A stretch of 64,000 nt of DNA, taken from the NCBI GenBank assembly GCA_964016885.1, contig OZ024761.1:20026001-20090000 (forward strand), given 5' to 3'. Numbering within the stretch: position 1 is the first letter of the stretch; each line of letters opens with the position of its first letter. Origin of the DNA: Eledone cirrhosa (taxonomy: Eukaryota). Below are positions 38,301-52,084 of this stretch, one piece after another. Position numbers and translations under genes: made by a program. The notes beneath the pieces are model-generated. The model was given only the letters and a program-made list of their open reading frames with translations. It searched no databases and was not told where the DNA came from.

Positions 38301-41096
38301 AATTCTATAGACCATGACAACACTCACACTCCTACTTCTGCTGCTGCAGCAGAAGACTCCCACCCTTCGGTTTCCACTAATATTGTAGCTGAAGGTGTGC
38401 ACCCAACTTCAACTAATGCGACAGACAGCAGGAGTGCAGTTAGGGAAAGTAGCCATGTTGGATATTCCTTACCAGAACATTCCATTGGAGGCTTTTATGT
38501 TTGTGGCTTGAAAGATTGCCATTTTTCCAGTTTGACCCTTGAGCCCTTCTCGGAACATTTCCCACAGGAGCATTCTGATGCAGTGAGATACCCATGTGCC
38601 CATTGCAGTGTCCAGTCAGAAACGAGAGGGAAGCTACTGCAGCATATGGATCTACATGCAACTAACGGGACGTTTTTGTTATACCGGTGCGGTGTCCAAA
38701 CTTGCAAGTATGGCACAAATCTTCGCAGTGAATTCTCCGACCACATGCAGCTCTGTCATCAGTCGAAATCAATGTATTTGTGTAAATATTGTAAGATGAG
38801 TTATTTCGACATCAACAGCCTCATCAAACACCTCGAGTCGAACCTGCTCAAGTTCATTCACTGTCCTCATTGCAGCGCTAAGGACACCAACAGATTCCGT
38901 ATACTTGGCCACATTCGAGCAAAGCACTCGGAGAAACCGCGACAGATTATCGTATCAAGTCAAGTTGTTTGCACTGTGAAAAAAACAAATGCCACTGATG
39001 CACAGTTGGTGAAAAATACTGAGCTAGGAACCCTTCCCAGAGTCACAGAAAAACCCGTTGGACTTGAGAGCAATGTGGATTACTCAAAAGCCGCCAAAAC
39101 TACAGAGAGTCAAACAGTTTTTATGAGCAACGAAGACTCTGTAGATAAGGAAATATTTAATACTAGTCACGTGGTTGGTAATAAAACAAGTGAAGGTCAG
39201 GAAACAGAGAAAGAATTAACTGCTGCAAGACAAAGTAATAGGAATGACTCTGTAACTTCAGAAAAGTGTGTTCATCAGAATTCCATGGAGGAGGAGGCGG
39301 AGGAAACCACAGAATATCTGTCAAACCAAAGTAAAAATGTTGGTTTAAAAAAGAACAGCAGTGGAAAAGGAGAGAAGTTGAAAACAAAAGATAAACATGT
39401 AGTGCGAAAACTAAAGATTGTCCTTAAAAGACTTGACAACTCTGAGATTCCAAAATCTGGAAATAAGAACAAAAGTGTCCCAGTCTCTCCTAAAGTAACA
39501 ACTCCGGCTTACAAGGAGCGGAACGTGTTCCAGTTGTTCAATGAAATTGAGAGCAGTTGTCAGATGAACCTGAACAGTTTGGCAACAACAGTTTCTTCAA
39601 CAGACTCTCACGAGGATGTTGCTGCTGCTCTGATTATTGATGAGAACGCTTCCAGCTTTGGTAACGAGAAGAAATCAACAGAGGAGATTTCTTCCGATCA
39701 ATCATTGCCATCGTCATTATCACCGTCATCGCCTACAACCATCAAAGAAACTTGGTTTAATGAAATCAGCCTGGGCGGACCAATGTTGAACAATCGGCTG
39801 AAGATGTGTTTTGCCAGTGACCAGGGGAAGCATAAGTGCTTGCTATGTCCTTCAATATGCAGTACAGTATACAAAATTCATTTGCACCTTCTCAGTGACC
39901 ATTTCAACTGGCCCCTTTGGAATTGTATGGACTGTGGGCTACGTTTTTACTCCCTTTCCAAGATTCGGTCTCACTGCTGGCGTAAACATAAGTTCAAAGA
40001 CCACAATATCAAACCCCTACCCTTGCCGGTAATTTCAGTTGCCGACGATGGCAAACTTTTTGTAAATACAGCAAAACTTTCATTAGATTCAGACAAACAG
40101 AAATCCACAGAAAAGTCAACCGAAACTTCTATTAATACTACTACTACTACTACTACTACTACTAAAAAGAAGAAAAAGAAAGCCAGTTCAGTTAGAAAAG
40201 AGAAAAGCAGTGTAGTGAAGAGTAAGAAGAAGAAAAAAACATCTCAGGTTGCTTCTGGAAAGAAATGTAAGCTATGTTCATTTTCATATAAGAAGAAAAT
40301 GGAGTTGATAATCCACATGGTTTTAAGTCATGCTAAAGAACTAAAACAGTCAATTACAGAGAAAGAGGTGACGTTAATTGAAGAGTCTATTGTACGAGAT
40401 GAGTATGGGAACTTCATCTGTCCTTTCTGTGAGCACTCCTGCAAGCAGAGGGTCGATTGCAAGATTCACATTTGGCGTGTCCACGTCGGACTGAAGTATC
40501 TGAACTGTGAGCATTGCAAGTTTGTCACCTGGTTCTCATCATGTCTCCAGAAACATAAACAGGAAGAACATATGACCAAAGAGCAGCAGGATAGCTCTGC
40601 CAACTGTAACAACCCTGAAGAAGATAGACAGTCGACTCTCCAGAAATCTTCTTTTGGCACAGTTTCTGATAACTACGATGATGGCCATGACTCTATGTCG
40701 GTGTTGTCTAGAAACGGCCACCACCAACCAGATGCATCCGTACATAAAAAAGCTTCTAAAGAGACTTGTTTGGTGTCTGTAGTTGCTGCAGCCTCTGCAG
40801 GAGACGCCACTTTGCAGGGATGCAAACGGAAAAGAAAGGAGTCAGAAGAGGTAACGAAGAAGCTTAATAAAAGGACTTCTGTCCAACAAAACAAAAGAAA
40901 AATACGCAAGAAAAGCAAAAACGCACCCAAAAAGCCTGCATCTCGGGCTGCAAAAGGATGTTCCGAGAACAAGAAAAATACAAAAAACACTGCTAAGGAG
41001 CTAGTTGAAAGTTGTGCTGACATGTCGAAAACATTTCTGCCTCTCTTTCAACGAACTCGATCAGAATCTCTCTTAACCAACGACCAAACCAGCTAG
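34980..41096 (+). CDS. Gene A: 2038-aa dispersed C2H2 zinc-finger protein, entire CDS in one exon
   Basis: Uninterrupted 6.1-kb ORF (acagacATGG to TAG) with about 14 C-x2/4-C-x12-H-x3/4-H fingers, no TGEKP linkers, acidic and Lys-rich low-complexity spacers. Clear paralogy to gene B. Confidence 0.93.
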
Positions 41097-41105
41097 AATA
41101 TATAT

Positions 41106-41143
<38 letters not shown>

Positions 41144-41226
41144 GTGTATGTGTATATATACATATAATTTATTTATTTATATTTCTACAACTTGGTGCAT
41201 ACAAAGAGACTTCAGCCTTTTGAAAG

Positions 41227-41464
41227 GTAAGCTGTAATTATGTATTTGTCTTATTTTAACGAATTTCACACTGAACCACCTAAAATCATGCCTGCTTCTA
41301 TCTATTATGCAAAGCTTCATATATATATATATTTTAGGGAAAAGGAAAGTTGATTAAATCGACCCCAGTGTGTTACTGGTACTTTATTTTATTGGTGCTG
41401 TAATACCAATAATTTATGTTTCGTACTCAACAGTTGACATATCTCGTGTATCTCTCTCTTGCAG
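41227..41464 (+). other. Putative 3'-UTR intron of gene A
   Basis: AAG|GTAAGC donor at 41227 and tctctctcttgCAG|G acceptor at 41464, with a SINE fragment inside. Confidence 0.5.
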
Positions 41465-43116
41465 GACTACAACAATTTCTGGAGAAATTAGAGGCCAACA
41501 TGAAAGTGTGACTGAAAAACATTTCAAATGACTCTTAAATAAATAATGGAAGTCTGGTTTCTATATAGTTTTCATTCATTACCACATCGTTAAAACAGTT
41601 TTCTATTTGTGTTATCTGTTTCCCCCCTTATAGTTTTCCTCCATTACCATATCATTAAAACAGTTTTCTATTCGGGTTATCTGTTATTTTTTCCATTCAG
41701 TTTTCATTTATTATCCATTGTTCAGTACTCTCTTTGTGTTATCTATTTTCTTTCATTACCACATCATTCAAACAGTTTTCTCTTTGCGTTATCTGTTTTT
41801 TCCTGTTTTTGTTTATTATCACAGCATTAAAACAGTTTTCTGTTTGCCATATATATATATATTTTGTTTACATTGTAAAGAAAATGATTTTCTAAAATTT
41901 AAATTCCAACCTTATTTTATTTATCTTCATACTTTGATGTTAGCAAGAAAAAAAGAATCTGTGAAATATTAATTATTTATATCAGTGATTCCTGTTTCTT
42001 TTGTTCCTTTAAATGAATTTTCCCGCCCTGTGGACCTTCCCTCGGACTTTGTAAGGTCTGTCAACTGAACAAGTTCACAAACCAGACCCCCGTCACTTCA
42101 TCCATCGATACTTGTTAAACAGTCATTTACTGTTGGACAACTCTCGTGTGTCTTGAGATAAAAAAAAAAATTAGCTCCCACTCCCACCCCCAATCAATTA
42201 ATAGTGATCAATCAGTCTTACAAATAGTTTCCTGTTGGTCCCCACCCCCTTTCAATGATCAATGAAATATTTTATACTTAAACATTGTGTAGTTTTCCTG
42301 TTCTATCAATGATGGTTAACACTTAAAACATTTATGTATCATCTTTTCATGTTGAAACATTAACACTGTCTTTGTTTTGTACATTATAACAACTTAGTAT
42401 TTTAAATATAGGCAGTGATGAACTGGCAGAGTTATTACAACATTGGAGAGAATCTATTGAGAGCTATTCATTCCTCTCTCCTCAGTTCAAATCCCGCCGA
42501 GGTCAACTTTGCCTTTCATCCTTTCAGGGTCAATAAAAAAAAAGTACCAGTCAAGTACTGGGGTCGATTCTTCCTCTATATCTCTTTCTCATTTCCTCTG
42601 TCTCTCTTCTCTGGAAGAAATCGGCTGTGTTCAGACCTGGTGGGGAGATGGGCTCTGCCAGGTTTAAAAAAATAAAATAAAATGCCCAAGATGCTGTACA
42701 TCATTACGGTACCCTTACAACTCCACCTGGAGATACGGGTCCATACATAAATACATTTTAAATATTCATTCATGTGGCTCTACTGCAAGGGAATGGACGA
42801 GCTGAGAGTAATAGCTTTCATGTTTACTACAGAAATAAAGATGTACTATAGACTCTGACATTCCCACATTATTACATTCCAAAAATGACCATTATTGAAA
42901 ATGTTTAAATATTCTCGATTTTTTTTTTCCATGTTAGATGTGTTTCATTACAGTTTTGGGCAATCAGTTTAATTAATTAATAAAGCTATTGTTTTTGATA
43001 TATTGTCATAGAGTCAGTTAATCATCACCACCATCATAACCATCTTCATTTTACATCTATTTTCATGACGGGGTGGGAGTGGGGCGTGTCATGCTTGGCT
43101 GAGGTTTGACAGACAA

Positions 43117-43240
43117 GTTTATCATGACACCAACACTACCACATTACAGAGTGTACTGGGTGTATTTTATCATGACACCAACACTACCACTTTACAGAGT
43201 GTACTGGGTGTATTTTATCATGACACCAACACTACCACAT
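43117..43240. repeat. About 48-bp tandem repeat, 2.5 copies
   Basis: ttttatcatgacaccaacactaccac(a/t)ttacagagtgtactgggtgta repeated. Confidence 0.85.
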
Positions 43241-44659
43241 TAGAAACCACGCTAAAATGGAGACTTGTAAGACACAACAATGGTTGGAAAATAGACTGAA
43301 AACACTACACTTAAACTAACTTATATACAGTTGTTTTTTTTTTTAGATTTCAAACACCACTAGAGCAATATTTCTTTGTGTACAACTTTGGTTGATCGAA
43401 ACGAAGCTTACATTTCACTGTGTTACTTGTATGTAACTCTACGACCCAATGTATCTAAATAGCAGGTTGTATGCCTCAGTGGTCACGAACAATCTCTCAC
43501 TTTATACACAAGATCAACCTGAAACTAAATATGTATATCTTAACACTTGCTCACCAATGACCTACTTGACACAGATATATATATAGTTACAGTTTAATCA
43601 ACTCCACCCTTCATTGTCACGCATAATTGTATTGCTAATATCATTTTGGCGGAAGGGTGCAGACGTTCGTAATTTCCCGATAATTTGTTGGGTGTGCATT
43701 TGCACATCCCAAAATAAACCAGTGTTGGAAGGGTGAATCTGGCTGGGTTTCACAACAAGGTCATAGCATACACATGACACCAGTTAAATAAATAAAGTCC
43801 TTTTTGACACAGGTTCTCAAACCTTTGCCCCCCTCCCCACTCTATTTCTAGAGAGACCTGCGTACACGCAAATTGTAAATAATATAATATATACTATGTA
43901 TAAATATTATATATTTTTTATTTTACTATATTTATATATATGTATCATTTGATATTTAATATACTATAATATATGTATACAATACGGTTTTACCCTCTTT
44001 GGGGTCTCGAGATACGCAACCATTGTAATTGATTCATATCGATACAGCAGCGGGAGAATCTAATGATTATTTTATTTTACATAAAAAAACATTATATATG
44101 ACAAAAAAAGAACATTACAAGAAATTCCATATTTACGAACGTACACTATACAATTACTGATTTCCTAACCCCTCCATTTATAAGAATTTAAGCAAACGTC
44201 CCCTTCATATTATATCCCGCCAAGGTTAACTTTACCTTTCATCCTTACGGGGTCGATAAAATAAAGTACCAGTAATACACTGGGATAATTATGGCCTTGT
44301 GCCAAAAGTAGAAACAATTATTTGGGACTCGAGAGTACTTCGCTTTTCTCTCAATACAGCTGCTGGCATTTCTTGCTCGCCACAAGGGTTTCCATTTTAC
44401 TTTAAATTTATTCCTGAATTATCTCCCGTTTTGTTTTCCGAGAGAGTTAACTCCCTTTTCAAAGGAATGTTTACATTTTTATTCCCTTTTATTTATAGAA
44501 TACGCTCATGTTCTTGTGATTCTTCTAGTTACCTTTCTTGACGGTCTTTTGGGGATGAAGGTCGAAACATTCAATGAAAGCTGGATACCATCTGATGACA
44601 TGAACACCTTCTGGCCAAGGATATATTCACAGAAGGTGAATGAATGTGAGGCATCTTCC

Positions 44660-44856
44660 TAACCCTTTACATTACTCTATATATACTATTATATTTTCAC
44701 AGTAAAGGCTTTACCTCACATAATATCGAATCTATGAGATTTCGATATTATTTATTTTGAGAACAATACCTTGACATTAGTATGAGTGGCAGATTAGAGC
44801 CAATTTGAACAGAAAGAGGCGAGAGAATTCTGGCCGGTTTAAATGCTAAAGGGTTG
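44660..44856. mobile_element. piggyBac-like MITE
   Basis: Termini taacccttt..aaagggttga. An inverted copy at 32810-33124 ends aaagggTTAA. Confidence 0.55.
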
Positions 44857-46824
44857 AAGACGTAATGACGCCTCTCCCTTCACAATTTTGCTTTGTAGGC
44901 TCAACTCCGTTTATAACGATTTTCTCCGTGTCGTAGCGAGGACAAAAACAAGATTAGTCTAGGTTAGGAATGAACAAGTGGCCAAGACCTCAACCGTCTC
45001 TAAATGTAGACCAACAACACAGTAAACATGAAGGTCAGCCAGGTCTTACCTGTAGATATTATCAATATATCTGTGTGACAATTAGACTTTTCAGAGATAT
45101 TGATAATATTCATCTACATGTAAGACCTGGCCGACAAAGAGAAAACGACCCGACTTATGAAAAATCAATGACATAAAATTGTACATACCTTTTTAAATAA
45201 ATATAAAGTCCAACATTGTTTTCAAAATACCGGTGTAGAGATTTCATATTACCTTTTCATCTTACTACGCCCATCCCTGTGTACTTCAAATTGACGAATC
45301 GTTATATATATATATACGCACGCACGCGCATTTCCATATATACATATTACTCTATTACATGCTTCAGCTGACAGGCGAAGGCACCGCTATTGATGCTACA
45401 CTTTCCACAGCCAGCTTTCCTTGGTGCAAAAGGGAGTTGCTGCTGCCCTTATTTGTGCCGTAGTTTCAGCCTGGATCTTGGTTGGTCAGCAGAATATCGA
45501 GATGTCTCTTGAAAACATCTACATCATGTAGATATCTGATTTTTTGGTAGATTATTAAAGAAAGTTTATCCTCGATAATACGGCAATTAGAATTATCTCC
45601 CTTATTTATCCGTTTTTTTTTTTTATATAGCTTAAAATATATAAATATTTACCGCAACATTATTGCCGCCTCGTTGGCCTAATCGATAATGGCACAGAAA
45701 GTTGTTTCGATTTCCACCAGGTGTTATAATGGGGATCTTATATATATTAGTAAGGTGTCCGTAACGTATGTCCATTGAACCCCGATCACGTTCTCTACCA
45801 GATCTAAATACGGACCACTAAACCACCGAAACTGTTACTTAAATAAATCCCTACATAAATGATGAACATATCTTCTTCAATGCTTGGCCGTGTACTACAC
45901 ATCTCCACGAAGATACCAGTGAGGTCTTCCCTCGAAAGGAATTTAAAAGTTAGGGCGAGAGAAATAAAGGAGACCTTTCAAAACCTTGTTTAGGTAGAGG
46001 GACCTAGAAGATATAGGTCTGCAACTGTGTGGAATGGAGGTCTCTCGTTGCACCACGAATAATTGTACTCGAAACACACCCCGAAATGGTTGGCATTAGG
46101 AAGCACATCCAGCTATAGGAACCAGGTCAAATTAGAATGATGAAATGAAAATTGACCTCAGTGGGATTTGAACTCAGAAAGTAAAGAACCAGAACAAATA
46201 CTGCAATGATGTTTTATCTGGCGCTCTACCGATTCTGCCAATCCACAGTACAACAACAACAAATAATAATAATGATTTCTACTGTAGGCACAAAGCCAGC
46301 AATTTCGGGGGAGGGGGAAAATCGATTAAATCAACCCCAGTGCATTACTGGTACTTTATTTAATCAATCGACCCCATAAGGATGAAAGGCAGAGTTAACC
46401 TCAGCAGGATTTGAACGCAGAACGTAAAGGGTCATAACTTTATGCTACAAAGCATGTTGTCCAATGCCCCACCGATACTGCTAATCCACTACCCAATAAT
46501 AATAATAATAATCAAAATCAAAATAAGTGGAGGCCTGAATGAGAATTAAGAAAGCCAGGAATTAGGCAGAATTAACTCCAAAGAATCTGCTTTGTGATGC
46601 GATGGTTTTAAGAACATTTTTATTATTATTTTTGGTGTTTTACATCCAATTTTCTATGTTTGCATGGGTGGGATGGATTTTGTTGGAGCAGTTAAGTTCT
46701 CCTCTATAGATGTTTGCCCTGTTTCACCCCTAACCACTCACTGAACTGCGAGTGGAACCTGGGCGTGGTTGGTTTATGTATATTGTATATATATATACAC
46801 ATACACTCATATATACATATATTT

Positions 46825-46869
<45 letters not shown>

Positions 46870-46903
46870 CGTGCATATAGTTACATACATATACATAGAT
46901 ATA

Positions 46904-47019
46904 CAGTGAAATTCCGTTGTAACGAAAAATTCTTTATAACGAGATCGACCGAAACAAATCAAGCGTTTGTTATTACCATGGGGATTGAAAAAAATGTTGT
47001 TATAGAGGAATTTTACTTG
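46904..47019. mobile_element. Tc1/pogo (Tigger-like) MITE
   Basis: TA|CAGTGAAATTCCGTTGTAAC ... GTTATAGAGGAATTTTACTTG|TA, imperfect TIRs with TA flanks. Confidence 0.6.
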
Positions 47020-48518
47020 TATATACATATATGTATGTACATTGAAATGTGTGCGCGCACACACACATATATATATATATATATATAAGCATGTGTGTGT
47101 GTGTGTGTGTGGTGTGTGTCAGTCAGGCAAACAGGAACCAGCAGAGGTTATGTGCTTTGCTGAAGGTCAGCCCAGTACAATGTCTGCACAAGGTTTGAAC
47201 ACATGACCCTGTGAGTGGTGATGGCGTGGAACATCCCACACCTTAACCCCACAGCCATTAATAATATATACATACTTCACTGCCAAATATACACAACATC
47301 TCACCTATCTACATACATGTCACATATATACACAATATCACATATACATATTCACTATATATATACACACACACACACACATGGGTACATTTATGTGTGC
47401 GCGTGTATATATATGCATACAAACACACATATATTATTATCATTTAACATCCGCTTTTCCTGATAGCATATACATACATACATACATGTGTGTGTGTGTA
47501 TATATATATATACTCAGATATTTAACAGCTTTAAATGAATGCATTCTGGTATTTTCATTTCTTTTAATGAAATCTTCAAAATGGGTTTTATCATGTTTAA
47601 AGGTGGGTGTTGCCCCCCCCCCCCCCCCCACCGAGGGGGGGGGGTACATGTGAGGACCTGGGTTGAGATTGGGTGTTGAGGGGTAGACCTTCCTCATTCT
47701 GCATTAATGGGGGATAGTAGTGTAGCCATTGTCCAACAAACGTCACAGGTGACTGACCCACTGACCACGAGAGGGGGGGGGGGGGGGGTTGACTGTGTGG
47801 GGGTGGGTGCATATGCAGCACACACGTTTTTAGAGAGGGGGTGGGGGCATTGAGGATGAAAAGAAAAGCCAAAGATGTGTGAAGTCAAGAAGCTGCTGGC
47901 CCAATGTCACCAGATGCTACAACCAGAGAGAGAGTGTGTGTGTGTGAGAGGGAGGGAGAGAGAGAGTGTGTGTGTGAGAGGGAGGAAGAGAGAGAGTATG
48001 TGAGAGGGAGGGAGATTCAGGAACATTAAAAAAAACAAAAAAACTTCAAGTACATTTCAATGGAAACAAATCTGTGATGAGGACTGTTTCCAAGGTTACT
48101 GGTTCCAGCTCAGATTCTTCCCAATCTGAAGTGAATGATGGCCCCAAATTCTTCACAGAAGAATTAAAAAAAAAAAAAGAAAACGGAACAGGTTTGAAAA
48201 AAAAAAAAAAAAAAAAAGATTGATTTTCTCAGCCAACCAAGTTTCTTTTTTTCATTTTTTTCTCCATCTTGGTTACAGAATTATCTAGACTTTATTTGGC
48301 TACATAACCAACCAATGGTACTATGTACAGTAGGAGGGGGGAGAGGATGGATGGGGGGGGGGGGGGACTAGGAAAGGTTGTTTTTGTTGTTTTTTTTTAA
48401 TTTTTTTTTTTTAGTTTTATTGTTTTGTGTTTGCATTTTTTCTTTTGTCATTTGTTTAACCCCCGCCCCCTATGTTGGGGGGTGGAGAGGTGGGGGAGGG
48501 GGTGGAGTGATGGAGAGA

Positions 48519-49266
48519 TCACAATACAGATAGTAGTTTATCCTCTTCAAGAACAATATCCTCAAGATCGATGCTGTGAATGAAGTTGGCTTTCATCAGG
48601 GAATCAAACTCCTGAGTATCAAGTGCCAGGAAGTCTTTGAGAACAACGCGCACATTAAAATTGGCCGGCACCACCGCAGATGGCAGAGTCCTGTTGCTGG
48701 CTGCAGAAGCCTTACTACGACTATGAATCTGAACTGGTTTTTTTGGATGCAATCGCCGCACGTGCAGCTGCACAAAGGACTCTTGCATCGACGAGAAGTT
48801 GCAGTAGCCACAAAAATGCTCCTTTGGATGCTTCTTGAGATGATGCTCAAACTTGTACATATCGTGTGTACGGTAGGAGCAACTCTGACACTGAAGCTCC
48901 TCACAGCTTCTGGAATGTTTGGCAATATGCTTGCGGAAGCGCTCATAGTCATGCGTTCGCATGGAACAGTAACAGCAGCAGTATCGTGTGATATAGTCGT
49001 CGTCATCGCTCTCAGAAGAAGGCCGCCAGTCAGACGTCGACTCGGAGTCATCAGAATCGTCCGAGTCGTCAATGTTGATAACTTTGTTCCTAGTGCTGCC
49101 ACTTGCTCTCCGGTGACGGTACATGTCACTCATACCTTTACTACGGAACTTTTCTCTGTTCACACCCAATGACGGAAACACCATTTGATATTTCTTGAAG
49201 TTTTTATCTACAACAATTTTCAACGGAGCTTGATGAAACTCGTCAATATGTTCCGATATCTTCTTC
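48519..49266 (-). CDS. Gene B terminal coding exon with three further C2H2 fingers
   Basis: Acceptor ttatttttcactgtcaacAG|G at 49267/49266. Joining CG+G gives CGYC-LFRAYGRKKISE-H-IDEF-H, an exact C-x2-C-x12-H-x4-H finger. Stop TGA at 48521-48519. Confidence 0.9.
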
Positions 49267-49410
49267 CTGTTGACAGTGAAAAATAACAATTAGTGAATGA
49301 CCCTAACACTGGTCAACAAAAAATAAATAGTAATATTTTTTTCAATATATATATATAATCTCTCTTGTAACATGAGAACCAACAGTAACTTCCTATATTG
49401 GTATATGTCT

Positions 49411-50778
49411 TGTCCTCTACAGTACCTTATACCAACATCTTGTCCTCTACAGTACCTTATATCAACACCTTGTCCTCTACAGTACCTTATACCAACATCT
49501 TGTCCTCTACAGTACCTTATATCAACACCTTGTCCTCTACAGTACCTTATACCAACATCTTGTCCTCTACAGAACCTTATATCAACACCTTGTCCTCTAC
49601 AGTACCTTATACCAACATCTTGTCCTCTACAGTACCTTATACCAACACCTTGTCCTCTACAGTACCTTATATCAACACCTTGTCCTCTACAGTACCTTAT
49701 ACCAACACCTTGTCCTCTACAGTACCTTATACCAACACCTTGTCCTCTACAGTACCTTATATCAACACCTTGTCCTCTACAGTACCTTATATCAACACCT
49801 TGTCCTCTACAGTACCTTATATCAACACCTTGTCCTCTACAGTACCTTATACCAACACCTTGTCCTCTACAGTACCTTATATCAACACCTTGTCCTCTAC
49901 AGTACCTTATACCAACATCTTGTCCTCTACAGTACCTTATATCAACACCTTGTCCTCTACAGTACCTTATACCAACATCTTGTCCTCTACAGAACCTTAT
50001 ATCAACACCTTGTCCTCTACAGTACCTTATACCAACATCTTGTCCTCTACAGTACCTTATACCAACACCTTGTCCTCTACAGTACCTTATATCAACACCT
50101 TGTCCTCTACAGTACCTTATACCAACACCTTGTCCTCTACAGTACCTTATACCAACACCTTGTCCTCTACAGTACCTTATATCAACACCTTGTCCTCTAC
50201 AGTACCTTATATCAACACCTTGTCCTCTACAGTACCTTATATCAACACCTTGTCCTCTACAGTACCTTATACCAACACCTTGTCCTCTACAGTACCTTAT
50301 ACCAACACCTTGTCCTCTACAGTACCTTATACCAACACCTTGTCCTCTACAGTACCTTATATCAACACCTTGTCCTCTACAGTACCTTATATCAACACCT
50401 TGTCCTCTACAGTACCTTATACCAACACCTTGTCCTCTACAGTACCTTATATCAACACCTTGTCCTCTACAGTACCTTATACCAACATCTTGTCCTCTAC
50501 AGTACCTTATATCAACACCTTGTCCTCTACAGTACCTTATACCAACACCTTGTCCTCTACAGTACTTTATACCAACACCTTGTCCTCTACAGTACCTTAT
50601 ATCAACACCTTGTCCTCTACAGTACCTTATATCAACAACTTGTCCTCTACAGTACCCTATATCAACACCTTGTCCTCTACAGTACCCTATACCAACACCT
50701 TGTCCTCTACAGTACCTTATACCAACACCTTGTCCTCTACAGTACCCTATATCAACACCTTGTCCTCTACAGTACCGT
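49411..50778. repeat. 30-bp intronic minisatellite, about 46 near-identical copies
   Basis: (tgtcctctacagtaccttatayyaacayct)n. It accounts for the 470-aa and 479-aa pseudo-ORFs. Confidence 0.97.
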
Positions 50779-51343
50779 ATGTAGGTGCCCTCTGTAGGAA
50801 AAGTAAAATGAATTTTTCAAGGAATTCCCTGACTTAAGTGGGATTGTTGTCAGTTCCGATGACAAGTGGTCTGGTTCTTCAAACAGAACAAACAGCCTTC
50901 CACGTGAAATTTATGTGGAAGTGACTGAACATTCCACAGTCTTGATATACAGTTCTCAGGGAGATTCAGTGTGACAATGTGTATGATAAGGCTGGCCAGA
51001 AAATTGAAACTTTACAAAATTTATAGAATTCTTTTTTAAAGATGTATTTTACTGGAAACAGGTGTTTAAAACAGTTTTCACAGGTGAAAGAGGAAACATG
51101 ATGTAACATTAGGTTATTATGGTAATAAACTAAACATAGAGAGAGGGACAAGATTTATGTTAGACACAAACTGAATATAAAACAAACAACAACTAGAGTT
51201 GTTTCCCATCTCACTCCTCTTTGATAGTCACTTATCACCCATGATACTAGGCCACATGTGTTTGTATGTGTATGTGTATATATATATATATATACACATA
51301 CAAACATGTATATATATATACATGTATATATATATATATATAT

Positions 51344-51435
<92 letters not shown>

Positions 51436-51562
51436 TATATTTAAAAGTTAAACAAGGTTCAATGAATAAATCAAAGAATGAGTTTTACAATAGATTGGAA
51501 GCACTCACTACCATGACTGAATCTTAACCATCTACTATGTCAGGGTATGTCATGCATCATCT

Positions 51563-51632
51563 TATTTTATCTGATGAGGACGTACTGTTGAAGTTAACTC
51601 AGTACCACCTCTGAAATATGTATAATAAAATA
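51563..51632 (+). ncRNA. Minimal type I hammerhead motif (family H2), antisense within the gene B intron
   Basis: TATTTTAT-CTGATGA-GGACGTACTG..CAGTACcacctct-GAAA-TATGTA-TA-ATAAAATA. Perfect 8-bp stem I. Confidence 0.65.
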
Positions 51633-51960
51633 CACTTGATCACAAGAATATCTATTTTGTTAATATTTTGAATTAATATATATATATATATAATATATGT
51701 ATATATAATATATGTATATTATATATAATATATGTATATATATATAATATATGTATATATATAATATATGTATATAATATATGTATATAATCGGCGCCGC
51801 TGGTCACAGCACGTCGTGCTGCTTTAGCCATAGATTAACACCATCCCACTGGCTGGGCGGGCAGGCCGATATATATATATATATATATATATACGTTATT
51901 CCGGGTTGAATCGGAGGTAACCACAGTAAGTAAGGTACTCAATACATAGCAGAGTATAAA

Positions 51961-52084
51961 AGTTTTAATATAGATGAGATTCTACAGGACTAGAACTGTT
52001 TCATTCTTTAGAAATCATCAGGAATTCCTGATGATTTCTAAAGAATGAAACAGTTCTAGTCCTGTAGAATCTCATCTATATTAA

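Noticed and set aside
45664-45720. tRNA-like or SINE head
   Set aside because: Only weak A and B box resemblance, too degenerate to call.
48519-49289. Independent 256-aa zinc-finger gene
   Set aside because: The ORF start is a non-ATG codon inside the polypyrimidine tract. It is the last exon of gene B.
49372-50837. 470-aa and 479-aa + strand ORFs
   Set aside because: They are stop-free frames of a 30-bp minisatellite lying antisense inside the gene B intron.
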